Assembly (NCBI RefSeq): GCF_039654945.1
Contig: NW_027361784.1
Span: forward strand, 22,258,001-22,322,000
Source: Dendrobates tinctorius
Lineage: Eukaryota
Direction of reading: 5' to 3'
DNA: 64,000 nucleotides
Within the stretch, counting starts at the first letter, position 1; the number at the start of each line of letters is the position of its first letter. The translations under genes and the position numbers were made by a program. A model generated the notes under the pieces. That model was not told the DNA's origin, did no database searches, and saw only the letters and a list, made by a program, of their open reading frames with translations. Shown in pieces: positions 1-11,985 of the stretch.

Positions 1-277
1 CTGATGTGTTGCAGCAGGGAGTTCCAGAGTATGGGGGAAGCACGGGAGAAGTCTTGTATGCGGTTGTGGGAAGAAGAGATAAGGGGGGAGTAGAGAAGGA
101 GATCTTGAGATGATCGAAGGTTGCGTGCGGGTAGGTACCTAGAGACCATGTCACACATGTATGGAGGAGACAGGTTGTGGATGGCTTTGTATGTCATGGT
201 TAGGGTCTTGAATTGGAGCCTCTGGGCAATAGGAAGCCAGTGAAGGGCCTGGCATAGGGAGGAGGCTGGGGAATAAC
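1..277 (-). mobile_element. L2-clade LINE ORF2 C-terminal fragment
   Basis: Minus strand reads ...LCQALHWLPIAQRLQFKTLTMTYKAIH...QDFSRASPILWNSL; LHWLP and LWN motifs of the L2 ORF2 tail. Confidence 0.85.
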
Positions 278-306
278 GTATTGATGTTTATGATTATTAC
301 GTAGAC

Positions 307-362
307 GTGTGTATGTATATGTGTGTGTGTGTATATGTGTGTGTATATATATATATATATAT
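307..362. repeat. (TG)n/(TA)n microsatellite
   Basis: Direct reading. Confidence 0.9.
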
Positions 363-505
363 TTATTATCTGTCGGGGTGAAAACATCCTGAATCTGAGT
401 CCTAGTTTATATACATATCACCCACTCATGTTTTCTGTGCCTGATATCCCCATGGATTCTTTTGGGTTTGTAAGGCTCTTTCACAGATTTTTTGTAACTT
501 TTTAA

Positions 506-2810
506 CCCCTTAGCGACAGAGCCAGTTTGCAGCTTAATGACCAGGCCAATTTTTAGAATTCTGACCACTGTCCCTTTATGAGGTTATAACTCTGGAACGC
601 TTTAATGGATCCCGCTGATTCTGAGAATGTTTTTTTCGCGACATATTGTACTTCATGTTAGTGGTAACATTTCTTCGATAAGTCTTGTGTTTATTTATGA
701 AAAAAACAGAAATATGGCGAAAATTTTGCAATTTTAAAACTTTACATTTTTATGCCCTTAAATCAGAGAGATGTGTCACAAAAATTTCTTAATAAATAAC
801 ATTTCCCACATGTCTACTTTACATCACCACAATTTTGGAAGCAAATTTTTTTTTTGTTAGGAAGTTATAAGGGTTAAAAGTTGACCAGCGATTTCTCATT
901 TTTACAACAAAATTTACAAAACCATTTTTTTTAGGGACCACATCATATTTAAAGTCATTTTGAGGGGTGTACATGACAGAAAATACCCAAAAGTGGCACC
1001 ATTCTAAAAACTAGACCCCTCAAGGTGCTCAAAACCACATTCAAGAAGTTTATTAACCCTTTAAGTGCTTCACGGGAGCGAAAGCAATGTGGAAGGAAAA
1101 AATTAACATTTAACTTTTTTTGCAAAAAATTTACTTCAGAATCAATTTTTTTTTATTTTCACAAGCGTTAAAAGAGAAAATCAACCACAAAATTTGTTGG
1201 ACAATTTCTCCTGAATACGCCGATACCCCATATGTGGGGGTAAACTACTTTTTCAGCACACGGCAGAGCTCGCAAGGGATGGAGCGCCGTTTCACTTTTT
1301 CAACGCAGAATAGGCTGGAATTGAGCTCGGATGCCATGTTGCATTCGGAGAGCCCTTAATGTGCCTAAACAGTGGAAACCACCAACAAGTGACACCATTT
1401 TGAAAACTAAACCCATTAAGGAACTTATCTAGATGTGTGATGAGCACTTTGAACCTTCAAGTGCTTCACAGAAGTTTATAACGTAGAGCCGTGAAAATAA
1501 AAAATCCATTTTTTTTTCCACAAAAATGATCTTTTCGCCCCCAAATTTTTATTTTTACAAGGGTAGCAGGAGAAATCATACCCCTACAGTTGTTGTGTGA
1601 TTTGTCCTGAGTACGCCGATACCCCATATGTGGGGGGGAACCACTGTTTGGGCGCATGGGAGAGCTCGGAAGGGAAGGAGTGCCATTTTGGAATGCAGAC
1701 TTTGATGGAATGTTCTGCGGGCATCATGTTGCGTTTGCAGAGCCACTGATGGGCCTAAACAGTGGAAACCCCCCACAAGTGACCACATTTTGGAAATTAG
1801 ACCCCCTAAGGAACTTATCTAGATGTGTGGTGAGCACTTTGAACCCCCAAGTGCTTCACAGAAGTTTATAAACGCAGAGCCGTGAAAATAAAAAGTCTTT
1901 TTAATTTCCACAAAAGTGATTTTTTTAGACCCAATCTTTAGACCCCTAAAGTTGGTAAATAGTGGAAACCCCTCAATTCTTGCTCCAACCCTAACCCCAA
2001 CACACCCATAACCCTAATCCCAACCCTAACCTTAATCCCAAACCTAATCCCTAAGTCTAATTCTAACCCTAATCCTAGTTCGCCCTAACCCTAATTCTAA
2101 CCCTAGCCCTAACCCGAGCCCTAACCCTAGCCCTAACCCTAACCCTAGCCCTAACCATAGTCCAACCCTAACCGTAACCCTAGCTCTAACCCTAGCCCGA
2201 CCCTAACCCTAGCCCTAACCCTAGCCCTAACCCTATTGGAAAACTGAAAAAAAAATATTTTCTTTATTTCGTTATGTTGGCCTAACTAAGGGGGTGATAA
2301 ACGGGGGGATTATGTACTATTTTGTTTATTTAGTTTATCATCGTGATCAAAATGAATGAATGGAATCTGCCAGCCGGAGCCGGCAGATTCCCGGCGGGCG
2401 CACTGCGCATGCGCCCGCCATTTTCCCCGGATCCAAGATGGCGGCGCCCACCGGAGGACGTCGGCGGGACGCAGGACCACCGGGAGGGGACAGAGGAACA
2501 CTGAGAGGTACCGGGGGGGGATCGGGAACCCTCTTTCTCTCTCTTCTGATGTGCGATCACATCAGAGGAAAGAGAAATTAAATGTAAAATCGCGGCTTTC
2601 TTTATAGGGTTAATAACGGCAATCGCAAAAGCGTGGTCGGTAAAAACCGACCGATTCATGTTCTCTGGGGTCTCGGCTACCCCCGGCAGCCGAGACCCCG
2701 GAGAAAATCCGACACTGGGGGGCGCTATTCACTTTCTCCACAGCGCCGTGAATTAACGGCGCTGTAGTTTTAGTACCCTTAATTACCGCGTATTGGCAGT
2801 CGTTAAGGAG
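506..2810 (-). mobile_element. Non-autonomous piggyBac-type DNA transposon with about 390-bp internal tandem units and a telomere-like array
   Basis: TTAA at 502-505 and 2811-2814; TIRs CCCCTTAGCGAC / CTCCTTAACGAC. The left end is the reverse complement of the right end of the transposase-bearing element at 43161-48073. Confidence 0.85.
1988..2234. repeat. Degenerate (CCCTAA/CCCTAG)n telomere-like array inside the piggyBac element
   Basis: Direct reading. Confidence 0.9.
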
Positions 2811-3177
2811 TTAAATTAGAAAAAACGCAAAACAATCAACTGTAAAACTGACGCAAACAGATGCATTTTAAAGCAGGTACTATATGTCTCTTTTTCTAAA
2901 TTAATTTATAAGTTGGATCTCTTTGTTTTTTGTTGTTTTTTAAGATGAAAAATGCAAATTTAAAGACCTAACTTAAATTATAAAAATAATAGTTTTTGCA
3001 TTCTGCAAAAATATTTGTCCCGAGTTTTTACTTTTGGGGATTTGCTGGGGATGTGTTGTGACATGTAAGTCTCCTTACATTGTCATGCCAGAGCAGGTAT
3101 ATCACTTTCCGCATGGAGAAAAGTTACCCCTTTGACATCAGTTCAGAGTCTTTCATCTAGCCAAATCAGATCTCACA

Positions 3178-3223
3178 CATTTCACTGATGAGGGGCAACA
3201 CCCTGAAACACCTTGTTGGCAAA
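3178..3223 (+). ncRNA. Type I hammerhead-ribozyme-like motif (retrozyme-like repeat family)
   Basis: CUGAUGA(3185-3191)-GGGG caaca CCCU-GAAAC acctt GUU; stem I eroded. Flanks are homologous to 57802-57970 and 61620-61800. Confidence 0.7.
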
Positions 3224-3228
3224 TTGAG

Positions 3229-3864
3229 TGTCATGGGTTTAGAGAGGAGCCAGAAGACTGCAGTGTCTGATTTCTCCTACTCCTGCACTAATTAGAAGCA
3301 TTTCACCTTCATATTAAACTGTGTTAATTTATTTAGGCAGTGCAGAGATATATTTGCTCAGTTGAGAGCTCCTGGAAGTTTCCTGCATTAAGGCTCTCAG
3401 CTGTGCACTGTTAGCCACTCCCATCTCCTATATAATCTGGGCCCTGGCTAGCACTCATTGTCAGAGTTAGCTTATGCTGCATGGCTGGAGGTTGGTGTTG
3501 GTTATTATTGGAGAAGGCGTTTGGTGGATTTATCTGTGACTGTTGCTAGGTTTTGAGTGTGTGATATTTCCTTTAATTCTTTTACTTTGGTTTAATCCGA
3601 TCCTCCACTCCCCAGTGAATTCCTCTGTTGTATGTGTGACTATATTTGTAAGTTTAGTATTTTTTCATTAACACTGTTTGTATTACCTTGTTAGTCTGGT
3701 TGGCGTACTATGGTACACTAATACTCCACTCTTCCCTGGGTGATACTAAGGGTAAATTCAGGAGCTAAGGCAAGGTATGTGACCCCAGCATCTTCACTAT
3801 CAGAAGTAATCCGGAGAGTAGGGTGAGCTAGGGCACCCCTAGCGGTAGGGACATGGAAGGAGCC
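3229..3864. mobile_element. Truncated LTR-like insertion interrupting the hammerhead repeat
   Basis: Starts TGTCATGG right after ...GCAAATTGAG; the host repeat resumes at about 3868 (TGTGACTTTTAGGAT). No intact CA end or TSD seen. Confidence 0.5.
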
Positions 3865-3890
3865 AATTGTGACTTTTAGGATCGATATTT

Positions 3891-3906
3891 CCAGCAGGTG
3901 GCGCTA
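3891..3906 (+). promoter_or_regulatory. CTCF-like core motif within the hammerhead repeat
   Basis: CCAGCAGGTGGCGCTA versus the consensus CCACCAGGGGGCGCTA; binding not demonstrated. Confidence 0.5.
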
Positions 3907-4098
3907 TAAAGTTCTACTTTTCTTCCTTTCAGAAGAGGCAATTTCCAGAGTACAAATGTGAAAATTTTGACTGAAAATCTCTCTCCCTCCATTGCCTATA
4001 ATCCTTCCCGGGATGCCTGAATGGCCTTGCAGGATGGCACTGTGCTCTAAATTATACTCCATCTATAATGTACCGTATATATAATATGGTTACTGTAC

Positions 4099-4152
4099 CT
4101 GGTTTCCCTTTTCCTCCCGGGAGTCCAGGTAAACCTTTATATCCCTTGTCAC
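4099..4152 (-). CDS. COLEC10: COLEC10 coding exon 4 (54 nt, 6 Gly-X-Y triplets)
   Basis: tttcag|GTGACAAGGGA...GGGAAACCAG|gtacag; translates GDKGYKGLPGLPGGKGKP. The 72/72/54 exon pattern fits COLEC10/11. Downstream exons lie left of the window. Confidence 0.92.
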
Positions 4153-4823
4153 CTGAAATACAAAATATTATTGATTAATAGTTAATTTAATTATTATTAA
4201 AAAAAGTGTAATAATATGGCAGACTAGGAGGGGACTCCAGTAGACAACCCGTACACTCCGCAATCGCTTGTGGGTGAAGAAATGGGCCGCCTCTGTTCCT
4301 AACCTCCTAAATGCTGCGGCCACGATTGACAGCGACGCCTAATGGGCTTACTCGCCCCCCCCCAAAAAAGAGATGATTAAAAAAAATAAATTCAATACAA
4401 TAATTACTATTGCCATGTCCGAAACATCATCATCTACTGTATACTGATATTGTGAGGTTTAATTTGACTACTGAATACTGTGGAAACAAATGTTTTCATC
4501 TGTTTTTTTCTGGCACACTATTCCAAAAACTAAAAAAAAAAAGAGTCAAAATTTGATTTAAAAAAGTAGCAAAAAATTATACCGATAAAACTCGATTCAT
4601 CTCTCAAATAAAACTAGCCCTCACTCAGCTCCGTCAATGGAAGAAAAATAAAGTGATTAAAAGAAACAGTTTTTTTTTCTTGTAAAAGTACTAAAACATA
4701 AAAACTGGAATCATGCTGCCCTAAAAATTTTTTTAAAAAATGACGTCATTAAATCGACGCCAGCTGGAAAAAAAACTAACCAAAAATGGTGGAATTTTTG
4801 CAGCTGGTCACTACGCACCTTAA

Positions 4824-5200
4824 GGCTGTGTGCACACGCTGCGGATTAGGTGCGGATTCATCCGCCCGGATTTTGTAAAATCCGCAGGTGAAACCGCAGG
4901 TCAAAAGACCTGCGGTTTTACCTGCGGATTGCTCTGCGGTTTTGCCCTGCGGTTTTTCATCTCCTCAATGGAGGAGATGGCAAACCGCAGGAGAATCCGC
5001 AGAAAGAATTGACATGTCAATTCTTTCTGCGGATTGAAAACCGCAGATAATCCGCGCGGAAATTCCGCACCGTCTGCATTGCGGTTTTTGATTCCCATAG
5101 GGAATCATGGTACTGTACACCGCAGCAGAAACTGCTGCGGGTCCGCAGCGGCCAAAACTGCTGCGGAACCCCAGCAAAATCAGCAGCGTGTGCACACGCC
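4824..5200. mobile_element. PIF/Harbinger-type palindromic MITE
   Basis: TAA|GGCTGTGTGCACACGCTGC ... GCAGCGTGTGCACACGCC; internal inverted symmetry. Confidence 0.75.
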
Positions 5201-5947
5201 ATAAGAGGTCACTGAATAGAGGCTATGTATTCCTCTGCCATCTAGTGGTAGGTTTTTAACATTACAACAATAGAATTTTCATTTATTGACATTTGGTTAT
5301 TATATGTACAGGGGCAGATTTATATATAAGCCTCTTCACTCTGTGGCTAATTTTTCGTTTGCTTTTTTTCCTTCTCTTATTTCTAAATCCAAAACTTTTT
5401 TTTTATTTCCCAGTTGACAGAGTTGTAAGAGTTTGTGTTTTTTCTTTGCCTGGCGAGCGGACATTTTTACTGATACCATTTTGGGATCCACACGACATGT
5501 TGATGGTTTTTGTTGCTTTTTTTGTGAAAAATGCAGTGACGAAAAAAACAGCAACTCTGGTGTTTCACATTTCTTTTGTTTTATGGTGCTTACCGTACGG
5601 GTGACATAATTTTAGATGTTGATATATCAAACTTTTTTATGATTATGGTGATGCCGAATATGATTATTTATTTTTTATCTTTATTTTCATTGAAGGAAAA
5701 AACGTGTTTCACATTTTTATGTGTTTTTATTTATTTTTTTTAAACTCTTGTTACTTTTCCTTTTAGTCCCGTTAGTCACTGAGGCTGCGTTCCCAGTCGG
5801 CCTGAGAAAAACTCTCACGGTCCTAGTGGGGATCTCACCGAGGTCAAGGCAGTTCAGCCCAGCTGGGAACGCAGCCGCAGTGACCGGAGGTAACCTTGAT
5901 GACGTCACTGCCGGTCACTGAGGCTGCACTCGCAGCAGTTCAATCAA

Positions 5948-5984
5948 GGCTTGAAAAAGGCTCAGTGTGAGCCGAAACATTGCC
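5948..5984 (+). ncRNA. Penelope-type minimal hammerhead-like motif (variant core)
   Basis: GGC-UUGAAAAA-GGCUCA gug UGAGCC-GAAAC AUU-GCC; perfect 6-bp stem II and 3-bp stem I; AATAAA at 6001. Confidence 0.5.
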
Positions 5985-6017
5985 ACGCCATGGGGGTCTG
6001 AATAAAATCTACTTTTT

Positions 6018-6190
6018 ACCACCCACAAACCAACCGGTTAGTAGAGAGGTTTAACGAGACCCTCAAAGCCATGCTCAAAAAGGTATTCTCCGAGGATGGG
6101 AGAGAAAGGGCAACAACATGTCCCAATTTAATGTTCGCCATCTGCGAGGTACCACAGGCGTCCACAGGTCTTTCCCCGTTCAAGCAGTTT
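6018..6190 (+). mobile_element. Gypsy (Gmr1-like) integrase fragment
   Basis: HPQTNRLVERFNETLKAML...VPQASTGLSPF; integrase core C-terminal motif. Confidence 0.75.
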
Positions 6191-6368
6191 GTGCCGTCGC
6201 CCACAGCAATCGGTCTCGGTTATGGACATAAGACATTTGGTTTGAACTTTTCTGTGGTCACTGCCTGTCTGTCACACTGCACCAATCCCGCTGCACTACA
6301 ATATTTATCTATCTATCTATTATCTATCTATCTATTACCTATATATTAATCTATCTATTACCTAAATA

Positions 6369-6950
6369 NNNNNNNNNNNNNNNNNNNNNNNNNNNNNNNN
6401 NNNNNNNNNNNNNNNNNNNNNNNNNNNNNNNNNNNNNNNNNNNNNNNNNNNNNNNNNNNNNNNNNNNNNNNNNNNNNNNNNNNNNNNNNNNNNNNNNNNN
6501 NNNNNNNNNNNNNNNNNNNNNNNNNNNNNNNNNNNNNNNNNNNNNNNNNNNNNNNNNNNNNNNNNNNNNNNNNNNNNNNNNNNNNNNNNNNNNNNNNNNN
6601 NNNNNNNNNNNNATCTACCATCTATCTATTCTCNNNNNNNNNNNNNNNNNNNNNNNNNNNNNNNNNNNNNNNNNNNNNNNNNNNNNNNNNNNNNNNNNNN
6701 NNNNNNNNNNNNNNNNNNNNNNNNNNNNNNNNNNNNNNNNNNNNNNNNNNNNNNNNNNNNNNNNNNNNNNNNNNNNNNNNNNNNNNNNNNNNNNNNNNNN
6801 NNNNNNNNNNNNNNNNNNNNNNNNNNNNNNNNNNNNNNNNNNNNNNNNNNNNNNNNNNNNNNNNNNNNNNNNNNNNNNNNNNNNNNNNNNNNNNNNNNNN
6901 NNNNNNNNNNNNNNNNNNNNNNNNNNNNNNNNNNNNNNNNNNNNNNNNNN
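6369..6950. other. Two N runs (gap or masked sequence) within a (TATC)n context
   Basis: N at 6369-6612 and 6634-6950; further N runs at 19638-19787 and 20282-20449. Confidence 0.95.
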
Positions 6951-7223
6951 CACCACTAGGTTTCTGGTGTTATCAGTAATAACATATACATGGCTCCGGT
7001 ACGTGGCGCCGTTGTTCCTCTTGTCTTAATCTGTGCAGAGATCTGAAAGGAGTTTTTGTCTTTCGTATTTTACCAACACGGCCGATCCTTCCTGGAAAAT
7101 GTATTAATAACAAAACTGGAGCTGAGCATTGTAAGAGACGAGCTGGATGTGTTTTCTAGTAAAGTGCACACACTCAGGGCCTGCTGTAAACCTAATGACG
7201 GATGGATAGATACTGTATACATG

Positions 7224-7227
<4 letters not shown>

Positions 7228-7280
<53 letters not shown>
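7228..7280. repeat. (GATA)n microsatellite (second tract about 7778-7830)
   Basis: Direct reading. Confidence 0.9.
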
Positions 7281-7283
<3 letters not shown>

Positions 7284-7328
7284 CACAGATAATAAAAGGA
7301 TAAGAGACAGATAGCAGCTAGATATGAG

Positions 7329-7750
7329 CTATAAAGAAAAAATGGAAGCAGCTCACCAAGAAAGCCATATATCCATTGCATGTCTCCTGTTAGGAGGAGC
7401 CTTAATAAATTACAAAACAATAATTTTTTAAGAAAAAAATGTTTAAAAATAATTAAATAGTTATAATTAGTAAAAAAAACTATTTTTTAATAATTATAAC
7501 ATTTTAAATATTTTGTTAAATAGGTTCACTTTATTGTACACCTTAAACACTCTGTATATGCACTTTTATGTTTCTTGAAGAAGGCTCGGAGCCGAAACGT
7601 CGCAGGATGGGCTAATAAAATGACATACTTTTGCACTATGAAGGTGCGCTGCTTCCATTTTTTCTTTACATTACAAGGACTGGTATGTACCTAGGAGGCT
7701 TTGCACCCAGCAATTAATACAAGTTGCTGCTCTTTGTTCTCTTTTTTTTT
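7329..7750 (+). mobile_element. Short Penelope-like insertion with hammerhead-like motif
   Basis: Flanked by an 11-bp direct repeat CTAGATATGAG (7318-7328, 7751-7761). Contains UUGAAGAA-GGCU cgg AGCC-GAAAC GUC (7575-7601), AATAAA, and an internal inverted repeat AAAGAAAAAATGGAAGCAGC / GCTGCTTCCATTTTTTCTTT. Confidence 0.6.
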
Positions 7751-7778
7751 CTAGATATGAGATACTTAGATTATAGGT

Positions 7779-7826
<48 letters not shown>

Positions 7827-8073
7827 GATATTCCTATAGACATGATAAAATGCCATGAATAGTCACTAGATGGAGCCACATAACCAATATTAGGATTAAA
7901 CATTCATTACAATCTGTTCTTCTCGGCCTTTGTATTTTTGGAGAATTTATGGAAATGGCCACATCAGAATTTAAGGGACCGATGGGGTTACGTATGACCC
8001 GAGCAGTGATCAGCGGGTGTCCTGCTCACGTCTCACAAGGTGAGTTGTGGGTTTGTACAATGATGCAGAGTTA

Positions 8074-8279
8074 GGTTCGGTTCGCACTGGCAATTTGGAC
8101 TTTTGATAAAGGAAATCCAAAGAGGAACTCTGCAAGAAACACATTCATCCCAATGGTGCCAGACGGATACCGTTCACTATAATGAGGTTCACTTGCATGA
8201 CGGTCCTCTCGCATGCTGCACTTGTTTTTCTCCTGATGGTACTTGCGTTGCTCTTTCTCACGGCAGTGTGAGCTCAGCC
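8074..8279. mobile_element. Degenerate Harbinger-type MITE
   Basis: GGTTCGGTTCGCACTG ... CAGTGTGAGCTCAGCC termini. Confidence 0.45.
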
Positions 8280-8435
8280 TGACGTGAGCGGCCCCGGGAC
8301 TGCAGCCATTATCAGATGATAACTGTGAGCGCCGTCACCAGGACGGGACTCTTCATTTATTCACATTTCAATCATTTTCTGTTATCATCTTGTTTACAAT
8401 TAGTTTTAGACAAAACAGTCACCGACATACCGTAC

Positions 8436-8507
8436 CTTTGCTTCCAATCGGACCAATTTTACCGATAAAGCCGTGATCGCCCTCATTTCCAATTATTCCC
8501 TTATCGC
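8436..8507 (-). CDS. COLEC10: COLEC10 coding exon 3 (72 nt, 8 Gly-X-Y triplets, includes GKxGP MASP-binding-type motif)
   Basis: tttcag|GCGATAAGGGA...GGAAGCAAAG|gtacgg; translates GDKGIIGNEGDHGFIGKIGPIGSK; phase 1/1. Confidence 0.93.
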
Positions 8508-8604
8508 CTGAAAGTAAAGCAAACAACATGAATCCACACGGTAACATGAACGGTCTCACAGCGGAGGATAATTCATGCTGCACTGTCACTGTGAATGACG
8601 GTAA

Positions 8605-9187
8605 GGCCTCTTTCACACATCCGGTTTAGGGTTCCGGCGGCGTGCGGCGAAAAGCCGTGCCGCCGGAACCGGCCTGTAGCGGTGACACCGGATGTGGATG
8701 CGTCGCCGGATGCGGCCTGGATAAAATTTAAAGGAGCTGCAGCATCGGGCGACGAGAGCCGCGCTGTAGAGACGGGAGCCGCGCTGTAGAGACGGGAGCC
8801 GCGCTGTAGAGACGGGAGCCGCAGCGATGAGAGCCATCTGGAGAGAGTGGGGGAACGAGAAGTCAGACAAAGAAAGGTATGGAGAGAGAGAGAGAGTCTT
8901 GCGCTTGCCGGGCACCTGTGGGGTTAAATCACACAGTGTCCGGGCATGCGCACTTTAAAAAGCCGTTCCGGCGCTGCCAAAAAACATTGCAGGGAACGTT
9001 TTTTGCAGAAGCCGGACGGCGCATTTTTGCCGTATCCGGAAAGAACCGGGGCCGCCGCATGTACATCCGGCACGATGCGGCGATCATTACTTTCTATGTG
9101 ACAAAACCGGATCCAGTTCCGGATCCGGTTTTCACACTTTTCGCCGCATCGTGCCGGATTAAAAAAGACGGATGTGTGAAAGTAGCC
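8605..9187. mobile_element. PIF/Harbinger-type MITE 98 bp upstream of the exon 3 acceptor
   Basis: TAA TSD; TIRs GGCCTCTTTCACACATCC / GGCTACTTTCACACATCC; internal 3x 20-bp repeat GAGCCGCGCTGTAGAGACGG. Confidence 0.8.
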
Positions 9188-10579
9188 TAAGAAGGAAAGG
9201 ATTCTCTACAGTTCAGCTTTGTAACTATGAAATGTAGCAAAATTGGATTGATGCGTCACACTCGTTTGTCCAACCCTCTGAGTCTTCGTAGGTAAACTGA
9301 GTAATGTCACCGCACCGGTGCCACGGACGTCAGGTCGCATCTGATACAAGTCATTAATGGCAGATCTTTAAATCCTGGGAATTGATAGGCGCGGGCTCCA
9401 TGGATGGGAATTATTTTCCCGAGAACACTGCAAAAAGGAAGGCACAAACCGAACAGGACTGACAATAGGGACTGACCTTACTGGCTCAGACAAATATCGC
9501 CATGCTGTGCTCTGTCGCCACGCTGCGCTACCTTTTTCCCAGCAATATTAAAGGTATTCAGTTAAAATCCATTTGTTAATTTAAAAAAAAAAAAGATTTT
9601 TACCTGAAAATGCTTATGGGGTACTCGGTGCATCCTGGGCATGGCCTGATCCCTTACATGTTTTCCAGTTTTCTCTGTCCCCTTTTAATTGATTGGCAGC
9701 GCTGGCTGCACGTGAGGCAGTGTCGTCTCTTTTGAAAGAGTCTTTCTCCTGGTGTTTGCCTACATCCTGTTTTGTGCACAGCGCTAGAACTCTAATGATC
9801 ATGTGAACATTTTCAGCAGAATCATTGCTGGCTCCTATGAAGCCAGTGCTGTCAATCAATAAAGAGGAGGTATGGCGATAGCTATAATTCAGGTTTGTTA
9901 CCAGAGTGCATCCCAACTGGTTTGCCACACCCAGGGTGCACTGTGCACCTTATTAGCATATTTGGATATAGAAAGTTTTTTTTTACACTGAACCAATTCG
10001 TAGCATACAAGCCCCCACAATGTATTGTCCTTCCATGGAGTTTGACCACTGATTATGCATTGATGGGCTACCTTTAAACACATGAAGAAATTGTTTTCTC
10101 CTGCAGGCACCACTAGAGGGAGCTCTTTACATATGGAACTTAAAAGAAGTTGCATGAATTTGAATAAAATAAGCTCCCCCTAGTGGTGATGAGGTGGTGA
10201 TTCAGGCACACAGGCAACACACTGAGAGGCTGAACCGGAGCTGAACTGGAGACACTGATCTCTGTTCCAAGCTGCAGCAGCATAAATCTCATGAAGGGTT
10301 AAATAAAATCTCTAATATGAATTAAATAGCTTCAGTGTTTACTGATGTGGGCCGGTTCATTACTGTGGACTCTTTCCAACCATTCACATACATCTGGAGG
10401 ATGAATGAATTGCTTCATTCATAAAGTAGGGATCAAACACAGGATTCAGTCCAACAGAATCCTAAAATGATTTTCCAGAGAGGAAATGTTTTTGTCTGCA
10501 TTACGATGGTGAGTACGTGCCTCGCTTCACCATCTGACTATGTGCTTGACACGTGAACTCTTGAACACACTAACATATG

Positions 10580-11760
10580 AATTTCGGTCACTGTCTCCTA
10601 AAATAATCAACACAATCCTCCCCTGCTGCTGACGTAATTGAACTTATCTTCCAGGCTGCGTGGTGGTCTCTCACAATATCCCGTGACAATGTCCCTGTGA
10701 AATGTAACCAATGTCTACATTAAAAATGAACAAAAATAGACAGGTCTCTGCCTCTCACAAAATCAGTACACTCATCTTATGCTGCTGCCGTCATTTCCAT
10801 TATCTGATAAGGTACTGGGTATTCTGTCCCTCTTACTTCATGACATTACCCTTTCCTCAGAAACAGTCATTCATATACGATATTTGTAGTCTACAACATT
10901 ATAGTGGAATAGACATGTCCCTGCCTTCCTCAAGACCAGCACGCTACTCCCCTGCTGCTAACATTATTACCTATCCTTTAGTCTATATGGTGTTTTACCA
11001 GTCTCTCCCATGTGACAATAGTCTTGTGACATGTAATCACTCTCTACGTTAATAAATATACAAATATAGGTCACTGGATCCAACAAAGCCAGTACACTCC
11101 TCCCTTGCTGCTATTATAATCAAACATACCTGCCTGGCTATATTGTTTTCTATCACCATTTTCCTTGTCACAGGTAACCAATATCTATATTAACTTATTT
11201 ACAAAAATAAGTATGATAATTGCCTCCCACAAGACCAGCATTTCTCCCCTACTGCTGAAATAATTATGCCTATCCTTTAGTCTGTATGGTGTTCTCACTA
11301 CCTCCCTTTAGGTAACATTCTTGTGACATGTAATCCCTCTCTACAGTAACAAAATTAACAAATATAGGTCACTGTCTCAAACAAGGTAAGTACACTCATC
11401 CTCTGCTGCTACTCTAATCAAATGTACCAGCCGTTTTCTATCACCATTTTCCTATGTGACAATATCCTGGTCATATGTAACCAATATCTATATTAACAGA
11501 TTAACAAAAAAAGGTCACTGGCTCCCAGAAAATCAACACTCTCCTCCCCTGCTGCTGACATAGTTGAACTTCTCTCTGCTAAATTATATGGTATTCTATA
11601 GTTTTATCACCTGTGAGAACTTCCTTGTTAAAGATAACTAATGTCTACATCAACAAATTTACAAGACTAGAAAGGTCACTGCCTCCCACAAATTCAGAAC
11701 ACTTCTTCCAAGCTGCTGTCATCATTCTTATTATCTATTTAGCTACTTGATGTCTTATAG
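10580..11760. repeat. Diverged tandem repeat, about 150-170-bp unit, about 8 copies (extra copy near 13170)
   Basis: Recurring AGGTCACTG(T/C)CTCC...CACTCCTCCCCTGCTGCT...TGTAACCAATGTCTACATTAA. Confidence 0.7.
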
Positions 11761-11985
11761 TTCACTCTCTTTTAACTCATGCTCTCCTAACATGTCAAGT
11801 TACAGAATCACAGGAATGGACAGATACTTTTGTAGATAGGTTTCCAATCTGTTCAACTATGGTCTCATGAGATTCACACGTGTGCATTTATGTGATTGCG
11901 TATGTGCACTACTTTTGCCAGTCACGGACAGCCATGTTGTGCATGACAAAGTCCTTAGGCAATAACGAAATCTTATAGCAAAAGA

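Noticed and set aside
1988-2234. True telomere or chromosome-fusion scar
   Set aside because: Degenerate, single orientation, and internal to a TTAA-flanked transposon.
5235-5248. Additional CTCF-like motifs (5235-5248, about 10110-10190, about 16499-16512)
   Set aside because: Good-looking matches but no independent support; some lie inside repeats.
8419-8616. 65-aa ORF as a standalone gene
   Set aside because: Only 8436-8507 is coding (COLEC10 exon 3); the rest is intron.
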